Shown here: positions 40,333 to 54,500 of the stretch, piece after piece
How the letters are laid out: each line of letters starts with the position of its first letter
Position numbering within the stretch: position 1 is the first letter of the stretch
NCBI GenBank assembly: GCA_002633005.1
Contig: NMRA01000194.1
Coordinates: 665,830-729,829, forward strand
Direction of reading: 5' to 3'
DNA length: 64,000 bases
Origin: Phoronis australis
Lineage: Eukaryota > Animalia > Phoronida
Translations under genes and position numbers: made by a program
Notes under the pieces: model-generated
Told to the model about the DNA's origin: nothing
What the model saw: the letters and a program-made list of their open reading frames with translations, nothing else
The model's database searches: none

Positions 40333-43300
40333 ATGACTTGTGCGAAAATCGGGCCAAGCATTTTAAACTCAGATTTGTCTTGTTTAGCGTCAGAATGTCA
40401 ACGCATGATGGACGCTGGTGCAGATTACCTTCATCTTGATGTCATGGATGGACACTTTGTACCGAATCTTACTTTTGGGCACCCTGTGGTGAAGTGTTTA
40501 CGACCCAAACTTGCTAAAAATGTTTTCTTTGATATGCACATGATGGTTGCACAGCCTGAGCAGGTAAGCTCAGCATAAGAAACGAAATTGTGTCTATAGA
40601 ACGGTTTGTATCAGTTGTGGGCAAGTGCATAGGATATATTTTTCTCCACAGTTTCTGTTCATTTATTGTTTTTTTATACGTCAGTGACAGTGTACAGAAA
40701 AACGTGTTAAATGCTGGTACTGCTAGGAATTGAATCCGTCATCCTCGGCAGCAAAGGCAGGCGCATAACCCATTTGGCCAAAGAGCAATTGCATGTTGAC
40801 TAGTGTTTTAGAGAGAGTTTTATTTTATCTGGAGTATTGACTTCATAACGCCAGTGAACACTCGGTGTTCGTTCAAAGAGTGTGAGATACTTAACATCAG
40901 ATCATAAATGAGTAGACTTACCCTTAATGAGTAGACTTACCCTTAATAGATGACCACATATCATCCACTTTTTTCTTTTGCTGACTGATTTTGTGTTGCT
41001 TTCCCATTAGGGAAACTGATGTATTGAAACCGAAACCCCATCACAACCCTGGCTGTTTAAGTATGTGGTATGCTTTCTCACTAAGCGCAACTTACCAAAA
41101 TAGGTCATAGGAAAATGTCATTACGCTGCATGATGCTGAACTGGTGAGTTTGAATCACAGTGGAACTGATCGAAACATTATGTACAGCAATAGGAGGTGA
41201 GAGGGTGTCTATACATTTTTGTTACCCTCTGGTGGACCGTGGACATTTGTCGTTATCTGAAGAAGGATTTTGAAGCACTGTACAACGTGAGAGCTTTTAA
41301 AGTTATTTGATTTGTGATTAATGCCATGCACTTTTGAGTCATTGTATGAGAAGCTCACGTTGTCTTAACTCTCGATTATGAAAAGCACAATTTTTTCACA
41401 TTCTGCTTTTCTTTCAGTGGGTCGAAGGAATGGCTGATGCTGGGGCAAACCAATACACATTCCACATGGAGGCAACAAATGATCCAGAGCAACTTATAAG
41501 GAAAATTCAGGAAGCAGGAATGAAGGTTTTTATCACAAATAATTGAGGTCTTTTAAAAACGATGCTGATGCTAAAAACATTTTTTTTTCTGAGAACATTT
41601 TGTGTTGAAAGGTGTCTGGGACAGGCTTTTGTAAAGGTGGTTTATACATGTGTAATGCTCTAATTCGTTAATAGCAAAAATGACTGATAATTACTGTTCT
41701 GATGGCAAAGTTATGATTACAGATTAGCCACCTTTCAAACTTTCTTGTTATCTCCCCTTCATTCTAAGTCAAGAGAAATACCACTCTGACGATGAATTTG
41801 GCCTCTGTCCAGCCGTTATGATGATTCATTTTGTCTGAATACTTATGGCGTGTGCTGTATACGTTGTATTTTGTTGAAGAAAAACATTTGTATTGAACGT
41901 GCTAGGTGAAACAGACTGTGTGTGTCATTTCCAGATGCATCATATGCTTTGTCACATATTGGTCACAATTCAATTGGAAAATAATATAGTTGGATCTGAT
42001 TTGTGTTTTCCTATATCTGATATCAACTTCCAAATGTGAGACTTGATTTGTTTTCTATGCTTTATTGTCTTAAAATTTTAGGCAGGTCTTGGAATTAAGC
42101 CTAAAACTCCTGTAGACATAGTCCTTCCATATGTAGAAATGGCAGACATGGTTCTCATCATGACAGTGGAACCTGGATTTGGAGGACAGAAATTTATGGA
42201 AGACATGATGCCAAAGGTTGGTTTGTATAATGGCCTTGTCAGGGGCAGCAACTTGGGTACCCATGTTTCATCAAGGGAGTTTGAAAAAGAACCTTCAACA
42301 GTGTATTAGGGACTCCGAAATCTCACCCTTGTTCAAAGTGTACCCCTTCAAATCATGATCGTAATAAAGTGAACATTTCCAAAACAGCATCCTATTAATT
42401 AGTGAATCCTCCAAAATATGGGGCGGTCTTAATTTTGCTTCCGTAAGTAGATAAAATTAGCCTATTTTCCAAGAGGATATTACGTCTGTTATTCCAAGGT
42501 GATGCCATTTCTTGGGATTTCACAGCCCATGGTAAGAGTTTCTGAATACCCCCAAAAGAGCGATTTGGAATTACATGTTTTGGCACCCTGAAATTCATAA
42601 AAATCCCTCCCTTTAAGGCAAAATTATACCCCAAGCATGTAATGCGCGTAACATGCCAAGGCCTTAATACTGAGACTATCACTCATTCTGTAGCACACTA
42701 ATAGGTACCCAAGTTTGTGGTTGCTGAATCCCCTGGGTGTGGTTGAAGGAAAATTCCTGGTCAAAATGGCATTCGTGTGTTCTGTTAGGAAGGTGTAATT
42801 GTCATTAAGTATTGAACGAAAGGCAGCCTCGATCTTTCGCTAATTTCATCGTTAACTATTTCAATGCAAACCGTGACCAATTTCTGTCTTCACAAACGTG
42901 TTTTGGCACATTTGTTACTTGTGTAGCAAAGTTTATCCATGTGGTAATATTGAGGAAAGTATATTCAAGTCAAATATGTATTGAAATATTTTTTAATCTT
43001 GTGTCACTCAAGCGAACACTTCTGGTTGCAGTCTTATTGGAATATTATTAGATACAGTACTAATTCATGAAATTATAGATACCTCCACTGTGACTCACTT
43101 TCAGGTTCAGTATCTTCGACAGAGATTCAAGACTTTGGATATAGAAGTTGACGGTGGTGTAGGACCTTCAAATATACATGTGTGTGCCAAGGTGAGCTAT
43201 AGATAAGTGGTTGTCTAGGACTTTAATCACCTCAACTCTTAGACTAAATCAGATATCGAAAGAAACTGCTTTAGTTGCCAACCATTAAAAGTATGTATAT

Positions 43301-44298
43301 TCTGAAAGGAGAAAGACCGAGGATTCTAAAAAAATGCTTTTTACTGTTGCGTTTTTTAAGTCAAATTTTCATGCGCATGAAAGGTAAATTTATAGCAAAA
43401 TAACTTCCCAGCCTATTTTACTTCTTTAACTGAAAATTTACAATATGTCTCAAAAATACTGTTTAGGAACTTTTGATTATTCACTTAGTTCAGGTTTTAT
43501 GCCAAATGAACTCGCAAAACACAACGCATTTTTTTTAAAAAAAACAAGTGTTTTTCATATATTGCTCAGAACGCAAAAATTACTAAAAAGCATTTTAAAG
43601 CAAAATCCTAACAGCGTATTATGACTTTTAGTTGAGGTATGACTTACAAATTGAGGTTTGTATTGTTTGCTAAGTTAGCAGATCTGCTACTTAAAAACCA
43701 ACAGTTCCTAACTGATGAATTTTTAAAAGTTAACTCATTAAAGCCTAAATGTAATGCATATCGGTTGGCAACCCTGTTCAGCTGTCTGAAACTGTGCTGG
43801 AAATGACATCTCTATACATGCCAAGTACCCATTCACTTTTCACTGAATTTGAGGCATACAGTATGTATGAATGTCAATGCTGTTGTTTCATCGTGCACCC
43901 ATTTCCTTTTAACGCGTCCACAACCGTGCAAATATATTTTGGGGTTTGCATTTTGGAGCAAAATTTTTTAGTTGATCCAAGTCATGCAAAATATCGCACC
44001 ACAATTGGTATTGTTTTATTTGAGATTCACTTCAATGCCATTCTGAAAATAATTACTAGAGATCCATTATTTAAAGTGAAAAGATGGAGAATGCACTTAT
44101 TGAGATTTCTTTAATGTGAAGCGGAAACGAACTTTGTCCATTTTATAAGGTTGCGTGATTGGGTATGTATTACAGGCTGGGGCCAATATGATAGTGTCCG
44201 GGTCAGCCATCATGAAGAGTGATGACCCAAGGGGAGTAATCTCTGTTCTGAAAAAAACTGTGGAAGATTCAATAGAGAAGTCTCAACTGGAGAGGTGA
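40333..44298 (+). CDS. RPE: Ribulose-phosphate 3-epimerase (spliced)
   Basis: Exons 40333-40563, 41418-41525, 42082-42216, 43105-43191, 44176-44298. Motifs [70 protein letters not shown] at 44523. Confidence 0.97.
40722..40786 (-). mobile_element. tRNA-derived SINE head (degenerate)
   Basis: Minus strand A-box-like TGGCCAAATGG and B-box-like GATTCAATTCC at tRNA spacing; no intact cloverleaf. Confidence 0.5.
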
Positions 44299-46783
44299 AA
44301 GGCAGAGGAAGAATTTTAACACGTTGTGTCATTGTTGGATGGACTGGAATTCTGAGATAAAATCTCGAGGGATGTGTAGTGGGCCATGTTGTATCTGGGC
44401 GTTTTATAGGGATAGGGAATTAAAAGTAAATGTGTTAATGCTGTTGACACGTGGATCAATCATGAACGCACATTATGCACAATTACAAATTTTGTTTATA
44501 TAAGTATTGATTCATTGTTTAGAATAAAGTAGTCATATCTTGGCATCAATTCGCTATTCAAAATTTCAGAATAAGACTTCTATGTAGATGGAACGAGAAC
44601 CCATGGACACTCTTTAGATATGTCTGGTTGGACAAGTTTGTGCCAGCATACCCGACCTGGTTTCAAATTTACATTTTACTCATTAAATCATTTTGAACAA
44701 ATAGCCATTTAACAAAAAAAAAAAAAACGCTAATAAACAGTCAGTTTTGCGCACCATAGCATTCATATGAGTGAGAAGACAAAGTTGTATTGAATATGTA
44801 ACTAGAAAGCATTCAGAGAAAATTTTAGCACATTTTTCAACTGTCATGGATAAATGAAAAATTCGTTTACATTTAAATAATAATTATTAAAAATATCCAC
44901 AATTAACATTTGAGAGAAGTAACAAAGCCCTATGGTACATTCAAAAAGACCAGTTTTCACAAGCTGAAGGAGATTTAGCTGAGATATCTCCATGTGATCA
45001 ATATGAGCCGAGCCTGAAAATACTCGCTTTCACTTGCATGTGACTAGCATTCTTGGATGCGCCCGATACATGGCATGTGGACTGAGATGTTAACAAACAG
45101 TATTATACTGTACATATACAAAATAACAGATATGGAGCTTGATGCAAAAAAATCATAAATTATGGAATTTACTGTGATATAGTTTTCCCAATGTTTCTGG
45201 CTTGATTTCTTATGAGGGATTGATGACTGACTGGCTTTCATAAAAATTGTGTAGCCCTCTGCTGGTGTTCAAAGACAACAACTGCAGGGCAATTTTCCCG
45301 GATACTAGTCAGTCATAAATTCCAAAAAGAGATAGTAAAGCAGCTCTGCAACAAAGGGGAAAACTATATTAAAGTTCCAGAAGTTGGGATTTATAATTTT
45401 TCTCATCTAGTAATTCACCTGGATTAATGATAATGCCCATCTAGATACATAGCTTATTCATAAGCCAAGTGTTAGAGACAGACTACTCATAAACGCATTA
45501 CAACATCTCCGCTTCAACACGGAACACATTCGAACATTGTACATAAAATAGACCGTGAATACAGAACTCACCCTCAGAAAGAAACAAATGATAGCAACAG
45601 ATGAGAATACTACAAAACATCTACCATAAATAAAAATAAAACAATTTTGAGCTATACATGTCACAGTTGTGTAGAACAATAATTGAATCTGGTTACAATG
45701 CACGGTGTATTGACGCTGTGCAAGTCAAATATATCCGTCAGATAAGTTAATAACCCAGCCCAGGTTCCTGTATAACAAACTTTGTTTTTTCAAAGAGGTT
45801 TGAATTAACAACCTAAGGCAATTTTTCAACAAGCCACTGCTAATCTCTCTTATGGTGAAGACCACACTAACTACACCAAAAACTGACAAGAAGATTCCCA
45901 ACTGAAGGTGTTCAAAATGACTAAGCTATGTCCGTGTGCTTGACAAACAACATTCAGACAGATTGTCAAAATCAAGGATCATCTATTTAATTTCAGAAGT
46001 ATACACAATGCACGCGGAAAGAAAGTGGTTAATCGTCAGCGTTAACAATCAGAATTTCACAACATTTTGGTCAATAAAACACAGGAAGAAAACAAAGCAA
46101 TTTTGTAGAGCTTGACTAAAATGAGTACATCTGGTGAGCTTATGAACATAATGAACCATCTTCAACATGTTGCAGCACTCCAAAACAAACCGGCTTTTAA
46201 ATTTACTTAAGCTGCTTACATAATCTGTGATAATGAAATTTAAATTCAATTCAAATCATTGAACATACATTGTGTAGGACAATCAGGAACATGTTCGTTA
46301 ACTAACTGTTGGGACTCGTACGCACAGCATTGTGAGGACACTAGTACACACAACAATGACCGAGGTAAGAATGTTTTCTCCCTAGACTATTCTACGTCGA
46401 CTTTTAAAATGCCATGCATAACAATAATAGAGCTTTTTTCTCATCTGCTTCTTGTTTAAACCAATGTGTGTGTAAGTGTGTGTGTGTTTATTTCTGTGAA
46501 AAGGGGTTTGGGGTCTAATAACACTGAATAAATCACAGTCATGACAAATAATATCACCAACTATTTGTCATTATTTACTACTATACCAATAGCCAGTTGC
46601 AACAGGCAGGTGAGTTCAAAGGTGAGCAACAAAAATTCACGCGACATAAAATCAGAAGAGAATTACTTCAGAAGCTGGACAGGTGTGGTCACGACTAGTA
46701 AACATACTCCATGCTCAACTCAAAACACTGGACATCGTGTCTGTCAATTCCTTAATAAACATATCGGGCACAGGTGGGATAAG

Positions 46784-47251
46784 GTGCGAACTTAAATATC
46801 AGTGCATTCATAAACAAAGCGATTGTATTAGTTGACGTTTCGGTTCATTATCTCTAAACCATTCATGAGACTGATCCTGAGAGTCAAAGAACACTGTAAA
46901 GACACACACAGTGCTGTTCTTAATCATTCATTGGTCACTGGTCATACTAACGATTACTCTGGTGTTCAGATCTTGGATCACCCTCAGGCACCTCATAAAG
47001 AAGGCTAAGCATATATAGTTGAATCACGCTGAGCACTATTTGAATAGAAACATTGGTTCATTTGAGCTCCAACTGTTTTGATTTCTGGTCCCTCTCCTCG
47101 CAATGCATTTTGATTTGTACCAGTGCAGACTGTTCTCCTGTGTTACCTGACTGGATTATTGTCTTGAGAATGGTTTTATAGTGACAATAAACTGAAACGT
47201 TGACTAATACAATCTCTTTGTTAATGTATGCACTGACTTTAAAATTCATAC
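46784..47251. mobile_element. Foldback element, same family as 28200-28467
   Basis: Inverted arms about 46784-46871 and 47161-47251; spacer shares gttcatttgagctc...ttttgatttct...caatgca with the first copy. Confidence 0.75.
47161..47204 (+). ncRNA. Minimal type I hammerhead ribozyme-like motif (U3-A8 variant)
   Basis: GTC-TTGAGAA-T-GGTTT...AAACT-GAAA-CGTT-GAC with a 3-bp stem I (gtc/gac); duplicate at 47844-47887 has GAAACGTC-GAC. Confidence 0.5.
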
Positions 47252-48511
47252 TCATTATCTATGAGCCAAGGTCCTGTTTCATTAAAAGTCGCACGCACAG
47301 TGTTCACTAAAGTCAATTTTTCTTATACAACAGTCATATATGACTTGGTGTAGTGAGCAGACAGGTGCTTTAAACAACTTTTCGAGTTAAAAACTTATAC
47401 ATGGAACTGTACACGATAATCTGAGTATGTAAACTGTGGGCCATAACACATATGCAAAGTTGTACGTGACAAAATTGACTGTAGTACAATACCAGTTCAC
47501 TAAAGCACTTTGTAATGGTCAATCAGGGTGATTACAAACTACGGACAATTACTGTACATTGAAATGCTTTGTTCATAAAGCAAATATTGCATCGTATTTG
47601 CAGCCACGTGCTGACCACTACTGTATCAATCAGANCTCTGGTGTTCAGATCTTGGATCACCCTCAGGCACCTCATAAAGAAGGCTACGCATATATGGTTG
47701 AATCACGCTGAGCACTACTTGAATAGAAACATTGGTTCATTTGAGCTCGAACTGTTTTGATTTCTGGTCCCTCTCCTCGCAATGCATTTTGATGTGTACC
47801 AGTGCAGACTGTTCTCCTGTGTTACCTGTCAGACTGGATTATTGTTTTGAGAATGGTTTCATAGTGATAATAAACTGAAACGTCGACTAATACAATCTCT
47901 TTGTTAATGTATGCACTGATTTTAAAATTCGTACTCCGTACCTATGAGCCAAGGTCCTGTTTCATTAAAAGTCGCACGCACAGTGTTCACTAAAGTCAAT
48001 TTTTCTTATACAACAGTCATATATGACTTGGTGTAGTGAGCAGACAGGTGCTTTAAACAACTTTTCGAGTTAAAAACTTATACATGGAACTGTACACGAT
48101 AATCTGAGTATGTAAACTGTGGGCCATAACACATATGCAAAGTTGTACGTGACAAAATTGACTGTAGTACAATACCAGTTCACTAAAGCACTTTGTAATG
48201 GTCAATCAGGGTGATTACAAACTACGGACAATTACTGTACATTGAAATGCTTTGTTCATAAAGCAAATATTGCATCGTATTTGCAGCCACGTGCTGACCA
48301 CTACTGTATCAATCAGACATACGATACTTAATGAAACGTGACCGCGACACTGGATTACTTCTCCACACTATTCAACAGTGTTGATAGTGACCACATAACC
48401 ACGGCCAGCAGAACAATTCGGTGGTGTACATGCTGGTGTAAAGTGCGTCTGAACGCTCCCTGATGACGGTAAGGCTGCACTAAATGATGAAGTACTAGAT
48501 TAGAGGTGCGG

Positions 48512-51500
48512 TCAGTATCCCTGCAGTCCATTGTATATTTTCTGCTTTGATTCCTGCTTCAGAATCTTCTTGATACCTGGCAAATGAGAGTTCACTGTGT
48601 GTACTGACACCTAAGAGACATTCTTTAATAACAAAAAAAGTATTTATTCAGAAATTAGCAACAGCAGCTCTGCAAAAACAGTTGTGTGCTTAGCTGTGTT
48701 AAATAACAAAGTATTTTACAAATACTAATTAAAAATAGTTAAGACACTGTTCCTAATTTCAGGGAATATCTGGCAGACAACGGTGACAATTGGTGATTTG
48801 TAATAAAATCACAAAAAAACTTATTTTGCGGTTCTATTGCTCTGCTCAAAGCTAACAACTTCAAAGGTGTACACCATCCAACAATCTCAAAAATGCACTT
48901 TTTGGCCAAAAAAAAACTGATAATGCCCCTTTAAACTAGTCTGCAAATATATTAATTTTCAAGAGCTCCAGGCTATGAATCTGCAAATTTTCTCCTGTCT
49001 CGTCTCTATATGTCTTACTTCATAATGGTGCACTGCTGAGATAAGCCATCTCGCATCAGCAATTAAATATGTTTAATGAATTTCTAAAGAACTCTAACAA
49101 CACATTTTTCACTCAATAGAAGAGGGAACCAGCTAAGGCATTAAATAAAAATTCAGTTCTAAATAATGAGAATGAATTCGTGTAGGGAACATTTAATGCC
49201 TAAAATTTAACAAGAACATTCAAATAATTGGATGAAATAATCATATAATATATTAGTATTAAACAAAAGTAATATTAAATAATTTTAAAGAAAATTGCTT
49301 ATCCCATAGTACAGAAATATCGCACGTCACTAGAATGAGTTACCTTCCTGATCCTCAGGTGATAGAGTCCCCTTGGGGAATTCCACATCAAATGTTATAA
49401 ACAAACTTCCTAAGGCAAGGTTATTCTCATAGTTGGGCATACCCTCTTGAGACTTGCGTATCCTGGCTCCAGGCCATGTGATCTTGTCTCGAACTATTTT
49501 TACCTGCAACAACAATACATATAATAATTAACCATGGTGTTGCAAATACATGACATGTCCGTCACAAGCCACTACCGAGCTGCTCTTCTAAAGAAGCAAA
49601 GAAAAAGATTGTCTAAATCTAATTAACACGCACCTGCACTGTAATTCAGTTATGAACAGTTGTTTTAAAACTGAGATTGAGACTTCTTACAACTGAGCAC
49701 CCTGATAACAGAGCAGCACAAACATCAAATGAAGTCACGAAGTCGTAACAGTATTTACAAGGTTTTCATTACACATGTAGTTTAGTTTTCTTGGGAGCGC
49801 CAATTGTTTGTAAGCTCTGCTAGTTGAACATTAAGACGGTGCAAGTACCCCAATCCGAAATGTTCAGTAATGGGCGATAAACTACATACCTTATGGCCAT
49901 CTAAATGTGGAATGTCCATCTCAAAGCCATTTAAGGCATCTACTAAAGAGATAGTCACGTTGGTATACAAGTCATCATCTCGTCGCTCAAACCTTTTGTG
50001 CCTGCAAGTGGTCAAACAAGAAATATCATGAATCTTAATGCATAATAATAAAACCGTTGACTGAAAGCAATAATCACTTACAGAGGACACAGATTTTGAG
50101 AACCAGTTTGCTGCTAGTTATTTAGTAGAGAGAACTGGTTCTCAAAATGTGGGACCTCTGTAAAGTGTTTATTAGAGGAGGCAGTGTAGCCTGGTTGATA
50201 AGTGCCTGCTTGCTTTACTCAGGGTCGTGGGTATGAGTCCCACCAGGTCACACTGCTAAACCTTTGAGTCAGGTTTCTAGCTCCACAGCTCGGTTTTAAC
50301 CATATATAAATAAAGCTTAAAAATAGTTCCAGGTGATCAATGCAATGGGCCCACATGCGAGGCCTGTGCACGTATGGTACAAAGTGTATCAGACCGCCTG
50401 CATTAGTGTATATTACTAAGTAGAGAGTCAAGAGGAAGGTACATGAATGCTTTATAAAATACCCGAAGTTAACATTTTATGTTTGAGTCTTAACTACATT
50501 AATTTCGAACAGGCACAAGTTGTTTCACTCATTTTTATAGATGACAATACCTCTGTGCACAGTAAAATAGCAGTTCGATTCTCTCCAAAACATGATGAAA
50601 TATAACAAAGATTTAGCCGTTTATTGATGGGGAAGGAAATTCGTTAAAACACGCGATGTACACAAACTCAGTTTTCAAGTTACTGCCTGGAAACCAAGTA
50701 TAAGACCATGTGCGCCATGTGCTGTCAGAGTAACCAAGGAAAACACTTACCGTTCACAAAACAAAATATCTAAAACACTCTACTCATCAGCGTAAACTGT
50801 ATTACTCACTTGAGCTGTTTGATTTTAAACCGAAGATCACCAGGCTCACCATCTATATGAGGCTCACCTGAAAATGAAATAGCATTATGTCATCAGCAAT
50901 TCAAAAGATGAGGTAGCTTTGAACATGAAGACACCAAACGGTACCCAGAGGTGTAAGTGATATTTAAAGACTTGGACATACAAGTAAAACATCGTCTACA
51001 ACACTGTGATAGACACCAAGGACACCAGAGAACGGCTAGCACAGTTCAGTAGTCCATAAGACGCTGACAAAAATCAATCTCTCCACTGTTCAGCTGAACA
51101 TGAAAACAACATTTGACAACATAAATTTGTAAAGATGATGAATAACTAAAAACTTGATGCACTCAAGAGAAAACTGTGAGGCAGAATCTGGCATAAATTT
51201 GAAGGTTCAATGCACAAACTGTAACACTAACTCAGAGGGACATTCATTATATTTGTCTTTAAACTTCACAATTCATAATAAGTCATGGTTGATTAAACAA
51301 TAAGCGCTTCTATTTCCTTCCATACAGCATGGTATGGCAAAACAACACACGATTGTGTCGAAGCATTTCCTACTTACCCTCTGCTACAAAGGGATACTCT
51401 TGCCCATCTCTCATACCCTTTTCTACTTCTATTTCTAGTAACTTTTCTTCAGGTACCATTCTGAAAGTGGTCAATCAAAACAAGGTCATAATAAAATTCA

Positions 51501-54500
51501 ATTCAACACTAATCACTGCTGCTTTAACCTAAAACTCAGTAAGCTCTGGTAAACAAAGTGTAGTTCACATTTTGCGACATTATGTGACAATGGACATTTC
51601 AGGTTCTCAAATAAATAATTTAATTATCAAGGTTGCAAAACAGCAACTATGAATAATTATGGGGGAAATATTTCTTAGTTTTTTACACCCACATATAATG
51701 CTTTCTACTGCTTCATGAGATTAATTACTGTACAATGACTGTACATCATATATTTTTCTTAATAAACATTTAAAACATTTTCTTCAATTAAGTCCTGTAC
51801 AATACACTAAGAACTAGCGAGCTTACTTGACATTGGGACAGTCATCGCAGACCTGCTGCTGTGTCATCTGGAACCTGCCTGGGCCTAGCTGTACAGTCTG
51901 CATCTCCTGGCGACAGTTACATTTCCTGGTACCAGGAGCTTCCCTGGCAACAGACTTGTACCGTACAACCTGGCAACGCAAATAGCACAACTCATTTAGC
52001 TAAGCTGAGATGCAAAATGCTCGTAAGAGTTTAGTCAATTTTGCTTGCATACTTTATGGTAATTGTCATACTGCATGTAACGTTTCTTTATAAAAATACA
52101 GATCAGTTCTGATCTTTAAATTTTCGAAGCTTTAAGGAGTCTTAAGCACCAATTTTTCTTTGATACGTGAATCAATTCCCATAATTTACATGTTCATTCT
52201 AAAGTCTATGGCCAAGGGAAGAACATCTCACTTTTTATTAACATCTCTAAACCACAGAAATATTGGACATCAAAAACTTGGAACATTGTTTGAAAAGGAG
52301 ACTTTGATATCTCTGTTGTTTGAAGGCAAATAAAAAATACGAGATACGCTTGTCTGGATACAGAAATAAAAAAAATTTGTGCTCAAGCAAAAATGATGGG
52401 TTGAAAATTGACAGTTACATCAAACGTATTTTCGCTGAAATGTTAAAGGAGCTTACAAAGATTGACAATTACCTTAAACAGGAACCACGTGTTTACTTGT
52501 AAGATTGAAATTTATGTTTTAACCATGTATTGGAATGGTGCAGAAAAAAAATGTGGCTGCATCCACACATGTACAACAGAATCAAAGTTAAGGCAAAAAA
52601 TACAGGAAAGCAAACTGAGACCTCCCTGGGAAAACAGTCAAATACAGGAAAGCAAACTGAGACCTCCCTGGGAAAACAGTCAAAATACAGGAAAGCAAAC
52701 TGAGAACTCACTGGGAGTCAAAATCATTCATGCATGTTTCTTTGCGATAGTAGCACTTTAAAGAATTTGGGAAGGAACGAGATTTCCTACTAGGAATTCT
52801 TTACTTTCAGCGTGCTAAACAAGATCGAAGGTAAAAAAGTCCCAAAATCCCAGATGTTCATTATTTATTTAAAGCACCTAAATAAACAGGTATTCACCAA
52901 CCTCAACAAAGTTGCCATTATACAATTCCTCTAAGGTGACGTCCAAATCTATAACTACATCTCCCCCCCTCGGGGTGTCTCGTTGCTGAGGACGGCCACC
53001 ACCAAAGAAAGAGAAGTCTCCAAAGAAACTGCAAGAGACACGGCAGTAATTTAATCAGTATAGTTTCCATATACAAAGCATTCCACAATCACGTATCATA
53101 CATTAAGTGTACAAACCAGGAAGTCACTGGTAATACACTACACAAAATTAGAAAGAATCGTGTGTCCTTAGTCACAAAGCATATTCTGCCTTTGACATGG
53201 AAAATTCCAAGATCAGCAACATCAACCTCCAAAACGAAAAAAATTCTCCGGATTCAAATTTTGAAATTTCAGGTCAAAATCAGGAAATTGAGCATGAAAA
53301 TATTACAGTTAAAAGTTGCCAAAAGATCTTCTAGGAAGCAGTGAGTTCAAATGTTCATAGGGTTGTCGAAAGAAATTCAGATTTATTTGCTTGTTTTCAA
53401 AACAAGTGACTAGTCCACTTAAATTTAATAACTAAGTGAATTTCCTTAAAAGCAACTGAACTAGAATCTGGTGCATAATGGCGCACTTTTGCTAACAGAA
53501 CTTAAAAATAGGGTCTAGGCTTGTTCACTCCTCAGTTTTGTGTTAGACTGAGAACACAGTGGGGTCAAATGGCACTGCATTTTATAATGGAGAAAAGGTC
53601 ATCTGGGTCACCCGAAAATCCAAATACTTTACTAGGTAACAAACACATTAATAAGTCAAAAACTGACTATTTACAACTGCACTCTACAATTATTTACTCG
53701 TGATTTTTTTTTGCTTGACCTCACATCTTTCTACCCAAAATCTTCGTACCAAAACGGAATCCCAACTCTGCACTCAGAAAATTTCCTAAGTGTTGTTCTT
53801 GAAATTTACATAAAAAGTAAAAATTTTACAGTCACTTATAAAATCAAAATAATTTTATCTGTATGTCTAGTCATTTGTTAGAACCTTGGTAATTATAATA
53901 CATCAAAAGTTAATCCACTCTCATTCACATCGCCATACAGATATATGGACACATGATACAACAGGGAGATTTTGCCACAGTTTTATTATACACGAGTTGT
54001 TTCTGAGAGAAGTTGTCTTTAGTTAAAAACCGGAAATGTTACAAAAATTATTTGGGACATTCCTCAATGCCCCTTCTAGAACACTCGATTTAAAACCTTG
54101 AAGAATTGTCCCATTTCAGTATGGCAAGCCATTTGCAAGTCGAAAATTGTTTGAAAGCCAGTTTTATGTGAACTCGCACAATTTTCCAGGTCGAAATTGC
54201 AAAATCCAGGTTGAAATTCTTGGATCAATGGATGCCATGTCAAATCCTGATAATTGGCATGAAGTGATTTGTGGCAAACATCTAACCTAGTTTGTGTTGG
54301 TGTAAACCTTTACACTCAGTTACCTTGAGAATGGGTCGTGGCCGCCCATATCTCCTTGCTTTAAGCCTTCCTCGCCATGCTGGTCATATATATTTCTTTT
54401 CTCTTTGTCTGACAGCACCTGTTGGTAATATAAAAACAGTTGATCAATCGAATCTACAGTACCTAATATGAAAATGACCCGGAATTCCCCCGACACAATG

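Noticed and set aside
41010-41040. ctgatg...gaaa hammerhead candidate
   Set aside because: Core reads CTGATGT and stem II does not pair.
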